A stretch of 64,000 bases of DNA from Thermodesulfobacteriota bacterium (GTDB taxonomy: Bacteria > Desulfobacterota_D > UBA1144 > Nemesobacterales > UBA2774): positions 1,257,856 through 1,321,855 of the forward strand of contig OZ244991.1 of the NCBI GenBank assembly GCA_965223335.1. Reading direction: 5' to 3'. Below, one piece after another: positions 1 to 10,072 of the stretch (the stretch's first letter is position 1; every line of letters begins with the position of its first letter). The position numbers and the translations under genes are program-made. The notes under the pieces were generated by a model. That model was not told the origin of the DNA, ran no database searches, and saw nothing but the letters and a program-made list of their open reading frames with translations.

Positions 1-756
1 TTTTTCAAGTGACTTAAGATCGTAACCCGCAGTGTTAAAAATAGTGTTTGCCACCCCTGGTCTAAGCAAAAGTGCCCCAACACCCGAGTCGCCAGCCGAC
101 ATATCGGATAGTATATTGTCGTATTCTCCGCTCGCTTCGTGCTCTGTGGGTGTTACAAACAGCACTCCCCGTGCACCGTGTTCTCGGGCGTTCATTGCCT
201 TGTAGCGGAGCGAGGAGTATTGATAAAAACGGCTCTCGGGCTCGTCACCCTCGGGGGAATAACGAAGTACTATCGCTATTTTGTCCTCTACATCCACACC
301 TGTGTAGTCGTCGTACTCTAGTCCCTCGGCCGTAATTCCATAACCCACAAACACCGCCTCGCCCGATACCTCGCCATTTGTTGAGAACCCGATCGGCATG
401 AAATCGGTCTTGGGGGAGTAGGATTTAGATTTATGTGGGGTTGTTATATCCAAAAAATTGTTAAGTCCCATTTGGGGTGCTGAACGGAATGTAAAGCTTT
501 GTAGATAATCACCGTTCTCGTTAAGTGGCTCAAGGCCATAGGACTCGAACTCAAGGGCTATGTAATCGGCAGCTCTTTCGGCACCTCGGGTACCCGACAT
601 CCTACCCCGAAGCTCATCGGAGGCCAGTTCTTTTATGTGTGCGCTTATCTCCTGTTCGGTGATCTTGGGGTTTGTTTGCGAAAGAGAAGACTCGAAATTA
701 AGCGCCGAGCAGAGTCCAAATATCAATACACCCATAACGATATTGTATTTGTTCAT
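1..756 (-). CDS. M28-family peptidase (aminopeptidase-like), partial, with N-terminal signal peptide; C-terminus lies beyond the window start
   Basis: The minus-strand frame stays open from the ATG at 754-756 to position 1; I checked this by hand-translating the reverse complement and found no stops. The N-terminus is MNKYNIVMGVLIFGLCSALNFESS (signal peptide). Motifs ELASDELRGRMSGTRGAERAADYIALEFESYGLEP and HGARGVLFVTP are typical of M28 peptidases. The ORF track shows nothing here because the gene runs off the window. Confidence 0.65.
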   Translation of the reverse strand, partial: MNKYNIVMGVLIFGLCSALNFESSLSQTNPKITEQEISAHIKELASDELRGRMSGTRGAERAADYIALEFESYGLEPLNENGDYLQSFTFRSAPQMGLNNFLDITTPHKSKSYSPKTDFMPIGFSTNGEVSGEAVFVGYGITAEGLEYDDYTGVDVEDKIAIVLRYSPEGDEPESRFYQYSSLRYKAMNAREHGARGVLFVTPTEHEASGEYDNILSDMSAGDSGVGALLLRPGVANTIFNTAGYDLKSLEK

Positions 757-941
757 ACCTCAATTAAGTTACCATAGGATCTGGTGGTTGTTGTTGGCTG
801 GTCTCAAATCCTATTTGTAGCCAGCGGGGCTCACATCATAAACCTGATCTATTAAAAATACTGTAATCAAAGCAAGTTTGCAGATGTATATAAACCATGT
901 AAGACTATTTTGAGTTTTTTGCGCGGAGGCACTGAAATACT

Positions 942-1721
942 ATGTATCCTGAACTTTTCAAAATAGGCAGTGTATCGATCTCGTCATTTTCGGTGATGGT
1001 ACTGATCGGGTTTTTGGTAGCCTATAAGTTTGGTGAGATTGAATTAGAGCGAAAGGGGTTAAACGGTAACCTGGCCGATATACTATTGCTCGCATGTGTG
1101 ATAGGGGGGCTTGGGGGTGCAAAGCTCTTATTCCTATACCAGCAGGCCACGTTTGCGGATTTTATGGCTTCACCCAGCAGGTATTTGGCCTCGGGGTTTA
1201 CTTTTTTCGGTGGGTTGATAGGAGCGCTGGTGCTGATGTGGGCAGTCGCTAACTACAAGAGAATAAACTTTTTGATAATCACCGATGCCGCGGCCCCGGC
1301 GTTGATAATTGCATATGCAATTGGCAGGATTGGGTGTTTACTGGTAGGGGATGACTACGGTGTGCCGACCGATTTGCCGTGGGGCATTTCATTCCCCGAC
1401 GGTGCACCACCTACTCTAGATGCCGTGCATCCAACCCAGGTATACGACACAATCATAATGACCCTTGTGTTCATTTTTCTTTGGAAAATTCGTAAAAATG
1501 CAAGGCCCGTGGGTTGGTTGACTGCTATAACCCTTATAATCCTAGGTGTGCAGAGGTTTTTGATAGAGTTCATAAGGAGCACTACCCCAAGCTTTATACC
1601 GGGGATTTCGCAGGCCCAGGTTATATCGACTCTGTTAGTGATCGCGGGTTGTGTTATTTTACTATTGGTACGAAGCGGCAGGCTGCAGCCTAAGACTGCC
1701 GGTGCCCCTTCGGGTAGCTGA
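942..1721 (+). CDS. lgt: prolipoprotein diacylglyceryl transferase
   Basis: 259-aa polytopic membrane protein. FFGGLIGA and IGRIGCLLVGDDYGVPTDLPWGISFP resemble Lgt signature regions. It sits 3 nt upstream of trkA. Confidence 0.75.
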   Translation: MYPELFKIGSVSISSFSVMVLIGFLVAYKFGEIELERKGLNGNLADILLLACVIGGLGGAKLLFLYQQATFADFMASPSRYLASGFTFFGGLIGALVLMWAVANYKRINFLIITDAAAPALIIAYAIGRIGCLLVGDDYGVPTDLPWGISFPDGAPPTLDAVHPTQVYDTIIMTLVFIFLWKIRKNARPVGWLTAITLIILGVQRFLIEFIRSTTPSFIPGISQAQVISTLLVIAGCVILLLVRSGRLQPKTAGAPSGS

Positions 1722-1723
1722 AT

Positions 1724-3049
1724 ATGAGAATAGTTATAATCGGAGCGGGGCAGGTGGGATCGTTTCTGGCGCGTAATCTCTGTGGGGAGCACGATATAGT
1801 TGTAATTGAGAACGACAGGGATACCGCAGAAAAACTAAAAGAGTCTCATGATGTGCTGATGATTCACGGGAGCGGGGACGACCCCTCGGTGCTTAGACAG
1901 GCGCAGGTGGAGGATGCGGATGTGATGCTGGCGGTTTCAGGTGATGATCGTACGAACATACTGGCGTCCTCGATATCCGAGTCGTTAGGGGTTAAGAAAA
2001 TTATAATAAGGATTAGAAACCCCAACTACCTAGAGTACCCCAAACTCCTTCAGAAACCCGATATATACACCGTGCATCCGGGTGAGATAATATCTGAGAA
2101 AATTACAAGCCTGATGAGCTCGCCCTTTGCCTGGAGGACAGAGTCGTTCGCCACGGGAAAGATCCAGATGTTTAAGCTCAAGGTAGAGGAACACACTCCT
2201 ATCGTGGGGAAAAAACTGTCTGAACTCGGCCCTGCAAAGGCGTGGATATTTGTTGCCATTTCGCGTCACGGTAAGATCACTATTCCCACGGGGGACACGC
2301 GCGTTGCCACAGGGGACTACATATTTGCGCTTGGGGTACCGGACATTTTGGACAAACTGCTTGAGCTATTTGGGGTTACCGAAAGCACCGTGAGTTCGGC
2401 AGTTGTAGTCGGGGGAGGGCGGATAGGCAGGGGGGTGTCAAAAAAGCTTACAGAGGGCGGGATAAACGTAAAACTGATTGAGAGTGACCCCGAGAGGGCA
2501 AGGATGGCTGCAGAGGAGTTGCCTAAAGCCATAGTGTTTAACGGCGATGCCACCGACAGTGACACGCTTAAGGAAGCTGGTGTCGATTCGGCGGATTATT
2601 TCATTGCACTTACAGGGGACGATGAGAACAACGTTTTCAGTGCACTCTTGGCAAATAACTTAGGGGTTAAAAAAACAATAGTGCTATACACTAAACCCGA
2701 CTACATTGATGTGATAGAAGCAATCGGGGTGGACAGGGCTATTAGCGTGAGGCTTGCGGTGGCCAATGAGGTGCTTAGCCTGCTACATATCGGAGGGGTG
2801 GTGCATGTAGCTCTTGTAGAAGAGGGGAAAGCAGAGGTACTCGAATTCGATATAACGGAGAACACCAAGATATTAAATATGCCGCTTAAAGAAGCACATT
2901 TCCCCGAGGGTTCGATTGCGGGGATAGTAGTGCGTGAGGATGAAGTAATAATACCCGGGGGGGATTTTGTGCCAGCACTGGGTGATAGAATAATCGTATT
3001 TGCATTACCCAAGGCACTTAAAAAGCTTGAATATATGCTCGGCCAGTAG
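1724..3049 (+). CDS. trkA: Trk potassium uptake system NAD-binding subunit TrkA (two RCK domains)
   Basis: 441 aa. There are two Rossmann-type GxGxxG repeats (IIGAGQVGSFLA and VVGGGRIGRGVS), each followed by an RCK_C-like region, which is the TrkA architecture. Confidence 0.85.
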   Translation: MRIVIIGAGQVGSFLARNLCGEHDIVVIENDRDTAEKLKESHDVLMIHGSGDDPSVLRQAQVEDADVMLAVSGDDRTNILASSISESLGVKKIIIRIRNPNYLEYPKLLQKPDIYTVHPGEIISEKITSLMSSPFAWRTESFATGKIQMFKLKVEEHTPIVGKKLSELGPAKAWIFVAISRHGKITIPTGDTRVATGDYIFALGVPDILDKLLELFGVTESTVSSAVVVGGGRIGRGVSKKLTEGGINVKLIESDPERARMAAEELPKAIVFNGDATDSDTLKEAGVDSADYFIALTGDDENNVFSALLANNLGVKKTIVLYTKPDYIDVIEAIGVDRAISVRLAVANEVLSLLHIGGVVHVALVEEGKAEVLEFDITENTKILNMPLKEAHFPEGSIAGIVVREDEVIIPGGDFVPALGDRIIVFALPKALKKLEYMLGQ

Positions 3050-3277
3050 CATCTGAGCTCTTGGGTTTGTTATTAATGGGATTTTTATAAGAGCAAATGA
3101 TCTAGGTGCGATTTTACTTTCTACAATTCACTACATATGGTAAAATTCCTCCGTTTTAACAAGTCAATCCGAATATGTATTTGGTTCTGAAACCATAGTA
3201 AAATCAAAAAAACATCGAATATATAATGGATACAGATAAAGTTCGGGACTTTAGGTTATTGGCTCTAGGCTTAAGAT

Positions 3278-4201
3278 ATGAAAATAATTAACGACCCCAC
3301 GCTACCATTAGAAGTACCAACGGCTGCTACAATCGGCAACTTTGACGGGGTGCACATCGGGCACAAGGAAATAATACAGCACACGATCGAGACAGCTCGG
3401 AAAAAGGCGCTCGGTTCGTGCGTGATTACCTTTTACCCCCACCCCCAGACCGTGCTAAGAAACATCGATGTTCCCCTGCTGTTCCCGATTAGAGAGAGGT
3501 ATAAGCTCTTGGAGAGGGAGGAGATAGAGCACCTGGTGCGCTTTACATTCACAAAGGAGATTGCCTCGATGAGTGCCCGGGATTTTATCTCTCGGATCTT
3601 GGTAGACACGCTAAACATAAAGCATTTGACTATAGGCCCTGATTTCGCATTCGGTAAAAATAGGGAGGGGGATTTTAACCTTCTAAAAACTGTAGGTAAG
3701 GAATTGGGGTTTGAGACCGAGGTAGTGGGGCCTGCGCGTGTAGACGGCGAGGTAGTGAGCAGCTCGTCAATACGTAAGCTCATAAAGGACGGGGATATGA
3801 GGAAGGCTGTGCTTTTTCTAGGTAAAAACTACTACGTGGGCGGTAATGTTGTAGAGGGAGAGAAGAGGGGGAGGATAATCGGTTTTCCCACTGCAAACCT
3901 GGATACCGATTGGGACCTGTTGCCCAAGCAGGGAGTATACGCAACCTACGCCAATATAGGTGATAAAAAGCACAAGAGTATTACAAACATAGGCTACCGC
4001 CCAACGTTTCAAAAAAACGAGCTTTTAATAGAGACCCATATTTTTGAGTTCTCCGATGACATCTACAACCAAAGCATTAACGTTGAGTTCGTCGAGCGTA
4101 TAAGGGATGAAAAACGGTTTGAGAGTGCCGACGCGCTTGTGGTACAGATAACAAAAGATGTACAATGCGTAAAGGAGATACTGTCGACCGACGGCGGATA
4201 A
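3278..4201 (+). CDS. ribF: bifunctional riboflavin kinase / FMN adenylyltransferase
   Basis: 307 aa. The N-terminal GNFDGVHIGH nucleotidyltransferase motif is followed by a C-terminal riboflavin kinase region (GFPTANL...). Confidence 0.9.
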   Translation: MKIINDPTLPLEVPTAATIGNFDGVHIGHKEIIQHTIETARKKALGSCVITFYPHPQTVLRNIDVPLLFPIRERYKLLEREEIEHLVRFTFTKEIASMSARDFISRILVDTLNIKHLTIGPDFAFGKNREGDFNLLKTVGKELGFETEVVGPARVDGEVVSSSSIRKLIKDGDMRKAVLFLGKNYYVGGNVVEGEKRGRIIGFPTANLDTDWDLLPKQGVYATYANIGDKKHKSITNIGYRPTFQKNELLIETHIFEFSDDIYNQSINVEFVERIRDEKRFESADALVVQITKDVQCVKEILSTDGG

Positions 4202-4222
4202 AAATCCCGAGGGCCTATTACA

Positions 4223-5071
4223 TTGAACGTAACCTCGAGTACCGATATATATTGCATTTTTGGGCACCCGGTTGGGCATAGCCTCTCGCCCAGGATGCAT
4301 AATAATGGATTCCGGGCCGCGGGCCTTGACTGTGTTTACGTTGCGTGCGATGTGCCGCCCTCAGACCTGGCCACAGCAGTCTCAGGACTTGTGCCCCTTG
4401 GGGTAAAAGGGGTGAATGTCACTATCCCACATAAGGTAGAGATAATGCAGTACCTGGACGAGGTCACGCGGGATGCGGAGCTTACAGGTGCGGTTAACAC
4501 GATTAAAAACGAGGGGGGCAGGCTTGTAGGTTATAACACGGACGTCCCCGGGTTTCTGAGAGCGCTTAAGACTGATCTGGATTTTGATCCTAACCACAAA
4601 AACGTTTTGTTGATAGGAGCCGGGGGGGCTGCAAGGGCGGTTGTTACGGCTGTGTGTTCCAAGGGTGCATCGTCTGTGCAGATTGCGAACAGGACTTTAC
4701 AGAAGGCACAAGAACTGGCCGGGGAGTTCGGAGGGCATTTCCCCGATGTGAAACTCTCGTCTGTGGCATTGGATGCAACAGATGAGCTCAAAAATGCATT
4801 ATCAATGGCAGATATAATAGTTAATTCGAGCTCGATGGGTATGGAGGGTGAGGGGGAATTAGATATAGATCTAGAAGAGTTAAATCCGAACGCAGTAATA
4901 TACGATTTGGTATATAAGCCGCGCGAGACCGATCTTGTAAAGAGTGCGCGTGAGCTAGGGCATAGGGCAGCCGGGGGTTTGAGCATGCTCCTTTATCAGG
5001 GTGCCGAGAGTTTTACTATATGGACCGGGGTCGATGCCCCGATAGATGCCATGCGAGACGCCCTCGAATAG
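4223..5071 (+). CDS. aroE: shikimate dehydrogenase
   Basis: 282 aa. Contains the GHPVGHSLSPRMHN AroE substrate-binding motif, the GAGGAARAV NADP-binding glycine motif, and NTD. Confidence 0.9.
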   Translation: MNVTSSTDIYCIFGHPVGHSLSPRMHNNGFRAAGLDCVYVACDVPPSDLATAVSGLVPLGVKGVNVTIPHKVEIMQYLDEVTRDAELTGAVNTIKNEGGRLVGYNTDVPGFLRALKTDLDFDPNHKNVLLIGAGGAARAVVTAVCSKGASSVQIANRTLQKAQELAGEFGGHFPDVKLSSVALDATDELKNALSMADIIVNSSSMGMEGEGELDIDLEELNPNAVIYDLVYKPRETDLVKSARELGHRAAGGLSMLLYQGAESFTIWTGVDAPIDAMRDALE

Positions 5072-5173
5072 TTGGTTCCTACTCCATACAACTGTCTAAT
5101 AGGTTAGTAATCCCCACTCAGCTGTGGGATAATGTATCTGTATCGCAAACAAATTAGGAGGACTATTGTAGAG

Positions 5174-5446
5174 ATGAAGGTATCGAGCCCTGCAGGTGAC
5201 TTTGATATAACTATAAATGAATCGAGTGTTGAGGGAGACAAGATTGTACTGAGTGGGCAGATGGGGGTATGGGACTCAAAAATTTATCTTAGTCCGGGCG
5301 ATATCTGGCTGTTTGCATCAATTTTTCTAAGCCCTGCCGTTATACTATTTATACTCAAACTGCCGTTTCGCTCTCTACTGGGATCCCCTAATGATAAAAA
5401 TGAACCGGAAAAAGATGAGAGCAAAACCGATAGTGACGAAGAGTAA
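5174..5446 (+). CDS. hypothetical small membrane-anchored protein (one C-terminal TM helix, acidic tail)
   Basis: An AGGAGG RBS at 5155-5160 lies 13 nt before the ATG at 5174. The ORF-track start at 5132 has no RBS. The product is 90 aa with one hydrophobic segment, IWLFASIFLSPAVILFILKL. I see no recognisable family. Confidence 0.4.
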   Translation: MKVSSPAGDFDITINESSVEGDKIVLSGQMGVWDSKIYLSPGDIWLFASIFLSPAVILFILKLPFRSLLGSPNDKNEPEKDESKTDSDEE

Positions 5447-5482
5447 TATGTGTATATAGATTAACCTGTATAGTGTTTGGTT

Positions 5483-6460
5483 TTAGTGATCTACAAAAGC
5501 AGATCTGTTTACGAGATGTTTGGGAATCCCCCCGCCAAGAGCTGTGACCACGCTCTCAATTGCCATGTCGGACATCCTTATCCTTGTTTCCAGAGAGGCG
5601 CTGCCGATATGGGGTACCAACACACAGTTGGATAGTTTGATAAGTTCGGGATCTACGGCGGGTTCGTTTTCGTAAACGTCAAGACCCGCCCCCCATATAA
5701 CCCCTTCCTTTAAAGCTTGTGCGAGCTCGTTTTCCTTGATTATGGGCCCCCGGCCGATATTTACGATAACGGCACTATGTTTCATACGCTTAAACTCATC
5801 GAGGCCGAATCGCCCATGGGTCTCGTTGTTTAGAGGGGCTGTGATTACTATAAAATCGGAGCGGGTCAATAACTGGTCGAAATCAATAAGCCGGGCCCCG
5901 AGCTCTTTTTCGGCTGTGAGATTGGGGGTCCTGTTATTGTAAACAATCTCCATATTAAAACCCACCGCGCGTTTAGCCACGGCGGTGCCGATGCGACCCA
6001 TGCCGTAAATACCTAGGGTTTTTTTGTGTATGTTGTGTCCCAAAAGCAGTGTGGGAAGCCAGCAGGAAAACTCGCCGCTTCTAACGTAGTTATCGGCCTC
6101 TACGATCCGTCTGCCGATGCTTAGCATAAGGGCCCAGGCCAGGTCGGCTGTGGTCTCGGTAAGCACGCCAGGTGTATTAGTGACCATTATCCCTCGGTTG
6201 CTGGCCTCTTTTACGTCAATGTTCTCGTGGCCGACACCGCAGTTGGAGATGATCTTTAGCCCCGGGGATGAGTCCATAACGGTTCGGTCTATGGAGTCTG
6301 ATACCATTGTGATCAGTGCATCTGCATCCCGGGCCCTCGCAATCAGCTCATCGGTAGCTATTACCGAAGGCTCTCGATACACGTCTACGCTGTAGTCTTT
6401 TTGTAGAAGCGATGTCCCTTCGCCGGGGAGCTCTGCGGTTATAAATATGTTTTTGCTCAT
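5483..6460 (-). CDS. D-isomer-specific 2-hydroxyacid dehydrogenase (glyoxylate/hydroxypyruvate reductase-like)
   Basis: 325 aa. Has the GIYGMGRIGTAVAKRA NAD-binding motif, the catalytic-region motifs IVNIGRG and DVYENEP, and the overall 2-Hacid_dh layout. Confidence 0.85.
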   Translation of the reverse strand: MSKNIFITAELPGEGTSLLQKDYSVDVYREPSVIATDELIARARDADALITMVSDSIDRTVMDSSPGLKIISNCGVGHENIDVKEASNRGIMVTNTPGVLTETTADLAWALMLSIGRRIVEADNYVRSGEFSCWLPTLLLGHNIHKKTLGIYGMGRIGTAVAKRAVGFNMEIVYNNRTPNLTAEKELGARLIDFDQLLTRSDFIVITAPLNNETHGRFGLDEFKRMKHSAVIVNIGRGPIIKENELAQALKEGVIWGAGLDVYENEPAVDPELIKLSNCVLVPHIGSASLETRIRMSDMAIESVVTALGGGIPKHLVNRSAFVDH

Positions 6461-6541
6461 GTCAGTGAGTCATGGCAACAAATCTCGGTTATGCAGCAGA
6501 ATATGAGCATTGCAATACAACAATATACGGGTGCGGCAAAC

Positions 6542-7849
6542 TCATTTCTCAAACGGGTCCGGGATGTCGGGGTGCCATATGTGAAAGTGGTTTTTATGGT
6601 TTTCGGTATACGCCCCCTCGGGGTAGTACTCGTCATAGAAGTCCAGGTCGAGGTGGTGGGCCTGTACCATAAACCTTAGAAACATGGGGTCGGAAAATGC
6701 GGGGAACCGCCCGTAGGTATCGTATACATAGTTACATATATCCTTTACTACCTGGATCTCTTCTTTGCTCGGCCTCTCTACCTCTTGGAGCACGCCCTCG
6801 GGGTTTTTATAGGGCATGGTGTGGGATTCCCAGTTGCTCCATTTCATATCGTTAAAGGCTTCTACGGCCTCGCCCATATCTTTGTAGTAGGGAGGGCAAA
6901 ATGCCTGAAACAACCCGTCTTTACCCACAGCTACAGGGTTGGGATTGCCAGTGTCACCCTTGGTTTCAGGAGTTATAAACCTAAAACCCAGCCCTTTATT
7001 AAAAGGAGTGCCGCCGAGCATAAACATGCTGGCGAAACCGCTAAAGAGCCATCCGCCGAGACCAAGCGCCTGGAGTGTGAGAACCATGTTTTGCCCCATA
7101 AACGCCTGCTCTGCGATATAGCCGTTCGCAAACCTGAGCTCTGCCTCGATAAGCGGCATTCTCTTGGAGGGGTCCAAGAACCCTTTGTCGAGCCAGCCTT
7201 GAGTGCCGGGGGGTCTAAGACCGTGGAGCTCATCCACAAAGTTAAACCTGTGGTCGGGGCGCATATAAAAGAAGTAAAGGTTGATAATGCAGGCAGACAG
7301 ATCAGTAACCGGCATAAAGAGCGTTGTGCCGGGCTTGTTCACGTTCCAAAGGTTATGTGCCGCGATGCCTGGGGGTTTAGAAGGAAGGTCGGCCCGGTTG
7401 TCTTCGAGTTTAATCTTGGATGCCTGAAACAGTTCGAGTATTTTCTCTACCCTTTTCTCACGACTAAGCCCCTCGAGACCCTTAAAATCCTCGGGTTGCT
7501 TGTCGTGCATTTTGATCATGTAAGTGCCTTCATCGTTTGTGTAGAATAGCTCTGTGCGGTGGACGTCGCCAAGTGCAGGGATGGTTTTACTGGTAAATTG
7601 CATTTCTAGGTCTAGGCCAACGTGGGGTGGGAAATCGGATAGGTTTATGTTCTTTATCCCAAGCCCGTTCCATACGATGATGGCTTCTTCGAGTTCCGAG
7701 AGGGGTACAGAGTTGTGCTTGGATTTGTATTTGAGCGGGCCCTTTTCAATCTCCATCCCGAGGCCGAATCGTCGGGATCGCCTTTGGAACACTGCATCCA
7801 TAAACTTGTAATCAACTGCGACGTCTAAACCCGGTGGAAACTTTGCCAT
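6542..7849 (-). CDS. hypothetical protein with N-terminal nitroreductase-like RRSxRxF motif; function unknown
   Basis: 435-aa ORF with varied composition and a good RBS context. FQRRSRRF near the N-terminus resembles the FMN-binding start of the nitroreductase superfamily. The rest is rich in Trp/Tyr/His and I do not recognise it. Confidence 0.4.
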   Translation of the reverse strand: MAKFPPGLDVAVDYKFMDAVFQRRSRRFGLGMEIEKGPLKYKSKHNSVPLSELEEAIIVWNGLGIKNINLSDFPPHVGLDLEMQFTSKTIPALGDVHRTELFYTNDEGTYMIKMHDKQPEDFKGLEGLSREKRVEKILELFQASKIKLEDNRADLPSKPPGIAAHNLWNVNKPGTTLFMPVTDLSACIINLYFFYMRPDHRFNFVDELHGLRPPGTQGWLDKGFLDPSKRMPLIEAELRFANGYIAEQAFMGQNMVLTLQALGLGGWLFSGFASMFMLGGTPFNKGLGFRFITPETKGDTGNPNPVAVGKDGLFQAFCPPYYKDMGEAVEAFNDMKWSNWESHTMPYKNPEGVLQEVERPSKEEIQVVKDICNYVYDTYGRFPAFSDPMFLRFMVQAHHLDLDFYDEYYPEGAYTENHKNHFHIWHPDIPDPFEK

Positions 7850-7975
7850 CTCTAGGTGTTTCTCCTCTTTGGAATTTGGAACTTAAGTTTATCAAAAATG
7901 GATACTTTAGCCAAATTAAGTTGTTAATGTATAAATTGTGACTGGAAACAATGTGTTTCATCCATATACTTTTAA

Positions 7976-8707
7976 TTGATGAGTGCTGAGATTCGTAATA
8001 CAGGTTTAGTAATTGCGGGATATGGATTTTTAAAGAATCTTCATGTTATTTCTGCGGCCTTGATATGCCTAGTTTTAGTAGGCTGTGCTTATGGGCAGCG
8101 CAATGTAATCACCGAGATCCCCGTGCCCTCAACCGCTGTTCACGAGAGTGAGGACGGGGTAGTCATTAGAGTGGCTGCATCGTCTTGGGCAGGGGAGCCC
8201 AGGAACCTGTACAATTTCGTTTTGCCCATGCGAATCGAGATCACCAATAATACAGATGAAATAATTCTAACCAGCATAAGCGATATTGTATTAATCGACG
8301 AATTCAACACACAGTACAACCCCCTTGCGCCTACCATAGTCTCCGAGATTATTAATGCCGAGGGCAGCTCAGGATTCTCGCCTACTTTTTCGATAGGGAT
8401 CGGAGGGGGGTATTACGGTGGGGGATACTATTCGGATTTTAGCCCATACGGGTTCTTTACATATTACCCTGTGGGCTCTCCCTATGACTATTACGCCCCA
8501 CAGTACGAAAACACTCAAGACGTTTACACAGAGGCACTAATACCCGGACCCGTGTACCCCGATGCCACAATTTCCGGGTTTGTATACTTCAAGAACATAC
8601 CGGTGGAAGTAGACAGTTTCTCTTTGGATATAGGTTATAGGATCGAGGGCCGCGACGAGAGACGAGTGCTTAGTTTCCCTTTTACAATGCAGCCGGTTAG
8701 TTACTAG
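7976..8707 (+). CDS. hypothetical lipoprotein with Gly/Tyr-rich low-complexity segment
   Basis: Lipobox LVGC ([13 protein letters not shown]). Internal [37 protein letters not shown]. The 3' end overlaps convergent dnaJ by 11 nt. The exact start is uncertain. Confidence 0.45.
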   Translation: MMSAEIRNTGLVIAGYGFLKNLHVISAALICLVLVGCAYGQRNVITEIPVPSTAVHESEDGVVIRVAASSWAGEPRNLYNFVLPMRIEITNNTDEIILTSISDIVLIDEFNTQYNPLAPTIVSEIINAEGSSGFSPTFSIGIGGGYYGGGYYSDFSPYGFFTYYPVGSPYDYYAPQYENTQDVYTEALIPGPVYPDATISGFVYFKNIPVEVDSFSLDIGYRIEGRDERRVLSFPFTMQPVSY

Positions 8708-9773
8708 ATGTTCTTAGCTTCTCGTATAGCTCTTTTTGTTCAGGGGTTGGTTTCTTGGGGATGTTTACCCGCACTGTGACGTAGATGTCACCTCTTCGCC
8801 CCGATCTAAAGACAGGGAGGCCTTCGTTTGCAAGCCTAAGTGTTGTCCCGGGCTGTGTACCGGGGGGAATTTTAACCTCAACACTACCGGTTAGTGTCTC
8901 TATATCAATGCTCGTGCCGAGCACAGCATCGGGGATCTCGATTTGCTCAATCCTGTGCAGATGCTCTCCTCTTCTTTCAAACCTAGGGTCTTTTTCTGTG
9001 GAGACTACTACGTATAGCGAGCCTGGGATGGAACCGGGTTGTGAGTTTGAATGGCCCTCGCCATCGAGTCTAAGAGCTGTGTTTTCTGCAATCCCGGGTG
9101 GTATATTGATCTCCATGCTGCGTTTTTGCTCAATAATGCCCTTACCGCTGCAAGTAGTGCAGGGGTCCTTAATAACCGAGCCGCGGCCAAAGCAGGTTTG
9201 GCAGGTTGCGATCTGTTGCAGCGTGACACCGTGTTGCTGAATGGTGTGTACCTGCTGACCGCTTCCGTTACATGTTTCGCAGGTCACGGGCTTCGTGCCT
9301 TCTTTTGCTCCCGTACCTTCACAGCTGCCGCAGTTTTCCATGCGTTGATAGTGGACGGTTTCCTCGCCCCCGGTGAGTATGCGTTTTAACGGTACAGTGA
9401 TTTGAGTCTCTATGTTGCCACCCCTAGCCGGTCCCCTCTGTTGGCTGAATCCAAATAGGTCGCTAAAGATGCTACCGAACCCCCCGCCCCCAAAGATGTC
9501 GTTGAAGTTAATCCCGCCGTATATGTCTTCGGCCGACATGCCCTCGAGCCCTGCAAATCCCCCACGGTTATAGCGAGATCTGGTTTCGGGGTCGGACAAC
9601 ACCCCGTAAGCCTCGGAGAGCTCCTTAAACTTGTCTTCCGCCTGGGGGTCGTCTTGATTGTGGTCGGGGTGGTACTGCATCGCAAGGCGTCTGTATGCTT
9701 TTTTAATCTCTTGCTCGCTTGCGTCTCTAGATACGCCGAGCACTTCGTAGTAGTCGCGTTTTTGGTTGGACAT
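8697..9773 (-). CDS. dnaJ: molecular chaperone DnaJ
   Basis: 358 aa. J-domain YYEVLGV...HPD, a G/F-rich linker, four CxxCxGxG zinc-finger repeats and a C-terminal substrate-binding domain. GGAGAA RBS 7 nt upstream. Confidence 0.95.
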   Translation of the reverse strand: MSNQKRDYYEVLGVSRDASEQEIKKAYRRLAMQYHPDHNQDDPQAEDKFKELSEAYGVLSDPETRSRYNRGGFAGLEGMSAEDIYGGINFNDIFGGGGFGSIFSDLFGFSQQRGPARGGNIETQITVPLKRILTGGEETVHYQRMENCGSCEGTGAKEGTKPVTCETCNGSGQQVHTIQQHGVTLQQIATCQTCFGRGSVIKDPCTTCSGKGIIEQKRSMEINIPPGIAENTALRLDGEGHSNSQPGSIPGSLYVVVSTEKDPRFERRGEHLHRIEQIEIPDAVLGTSIDIETLTGSVEVKIPPGTQPGTTLRLANEGLPVFRSGRRGDIYVTVRVNIPKKPTPEQKELYEKLRTSSN

Positions 9774-10072
9774 CTAAATTTTCTCCGGGGAACTGTATAT
9801 ATAGATATATATTGCATATTCGGCGTTTGGCAAGTAACGGATCGTGAAAATTATCAAATAAGGTGAAGTCAGTTCTCCTGAGTTCCGGTATAATATTGAG
9901 ATTAGGCAGAACATGTAGTGGATGCAAAGAGAAATACATAAGGAGCAATGCTGAAGCCACTTTATACGAGTCACGCTGTGTAGAAGACAGTGTTTAGAGT
10001 ATTTAGATCTATATGATAATATGTATCCAGTAATATAAGGTAGAAGGTGAAGATAGAAGGGAGGACGAGCAT

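Noticed and set aside
72-335. 87-aa and 60-aa plus-strand ORFs at the window start
   Set aside because: Both lie inside the minus-strand M28 peptidase gene, which I verified as an uninterrupted frame from 756 to position 1.
3050-3277. Possible FMN riboswitch upstream of ribF
   Set aside because: ribF is not normally RFN-controlled, and I found no RFN-like conserved stems or motifs by eye.
5072-5131. Imperfect hairpin CCCACTCAGCTGTGGG after aroE
   Set aside because: Only a 5-bp stem with no T-tract, and the next gene is co-directional 100 nt away. Too weak to call a terminator.
6785-7549. 254-aa plus-strand ORF antisense to the 435-aa nitroreductase-like gene
   Set aside because: It has a composition typical of a non-coding frame and no RBS. 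The minus-strand ORF is longer, spans the whole interval and has protein-like composition.
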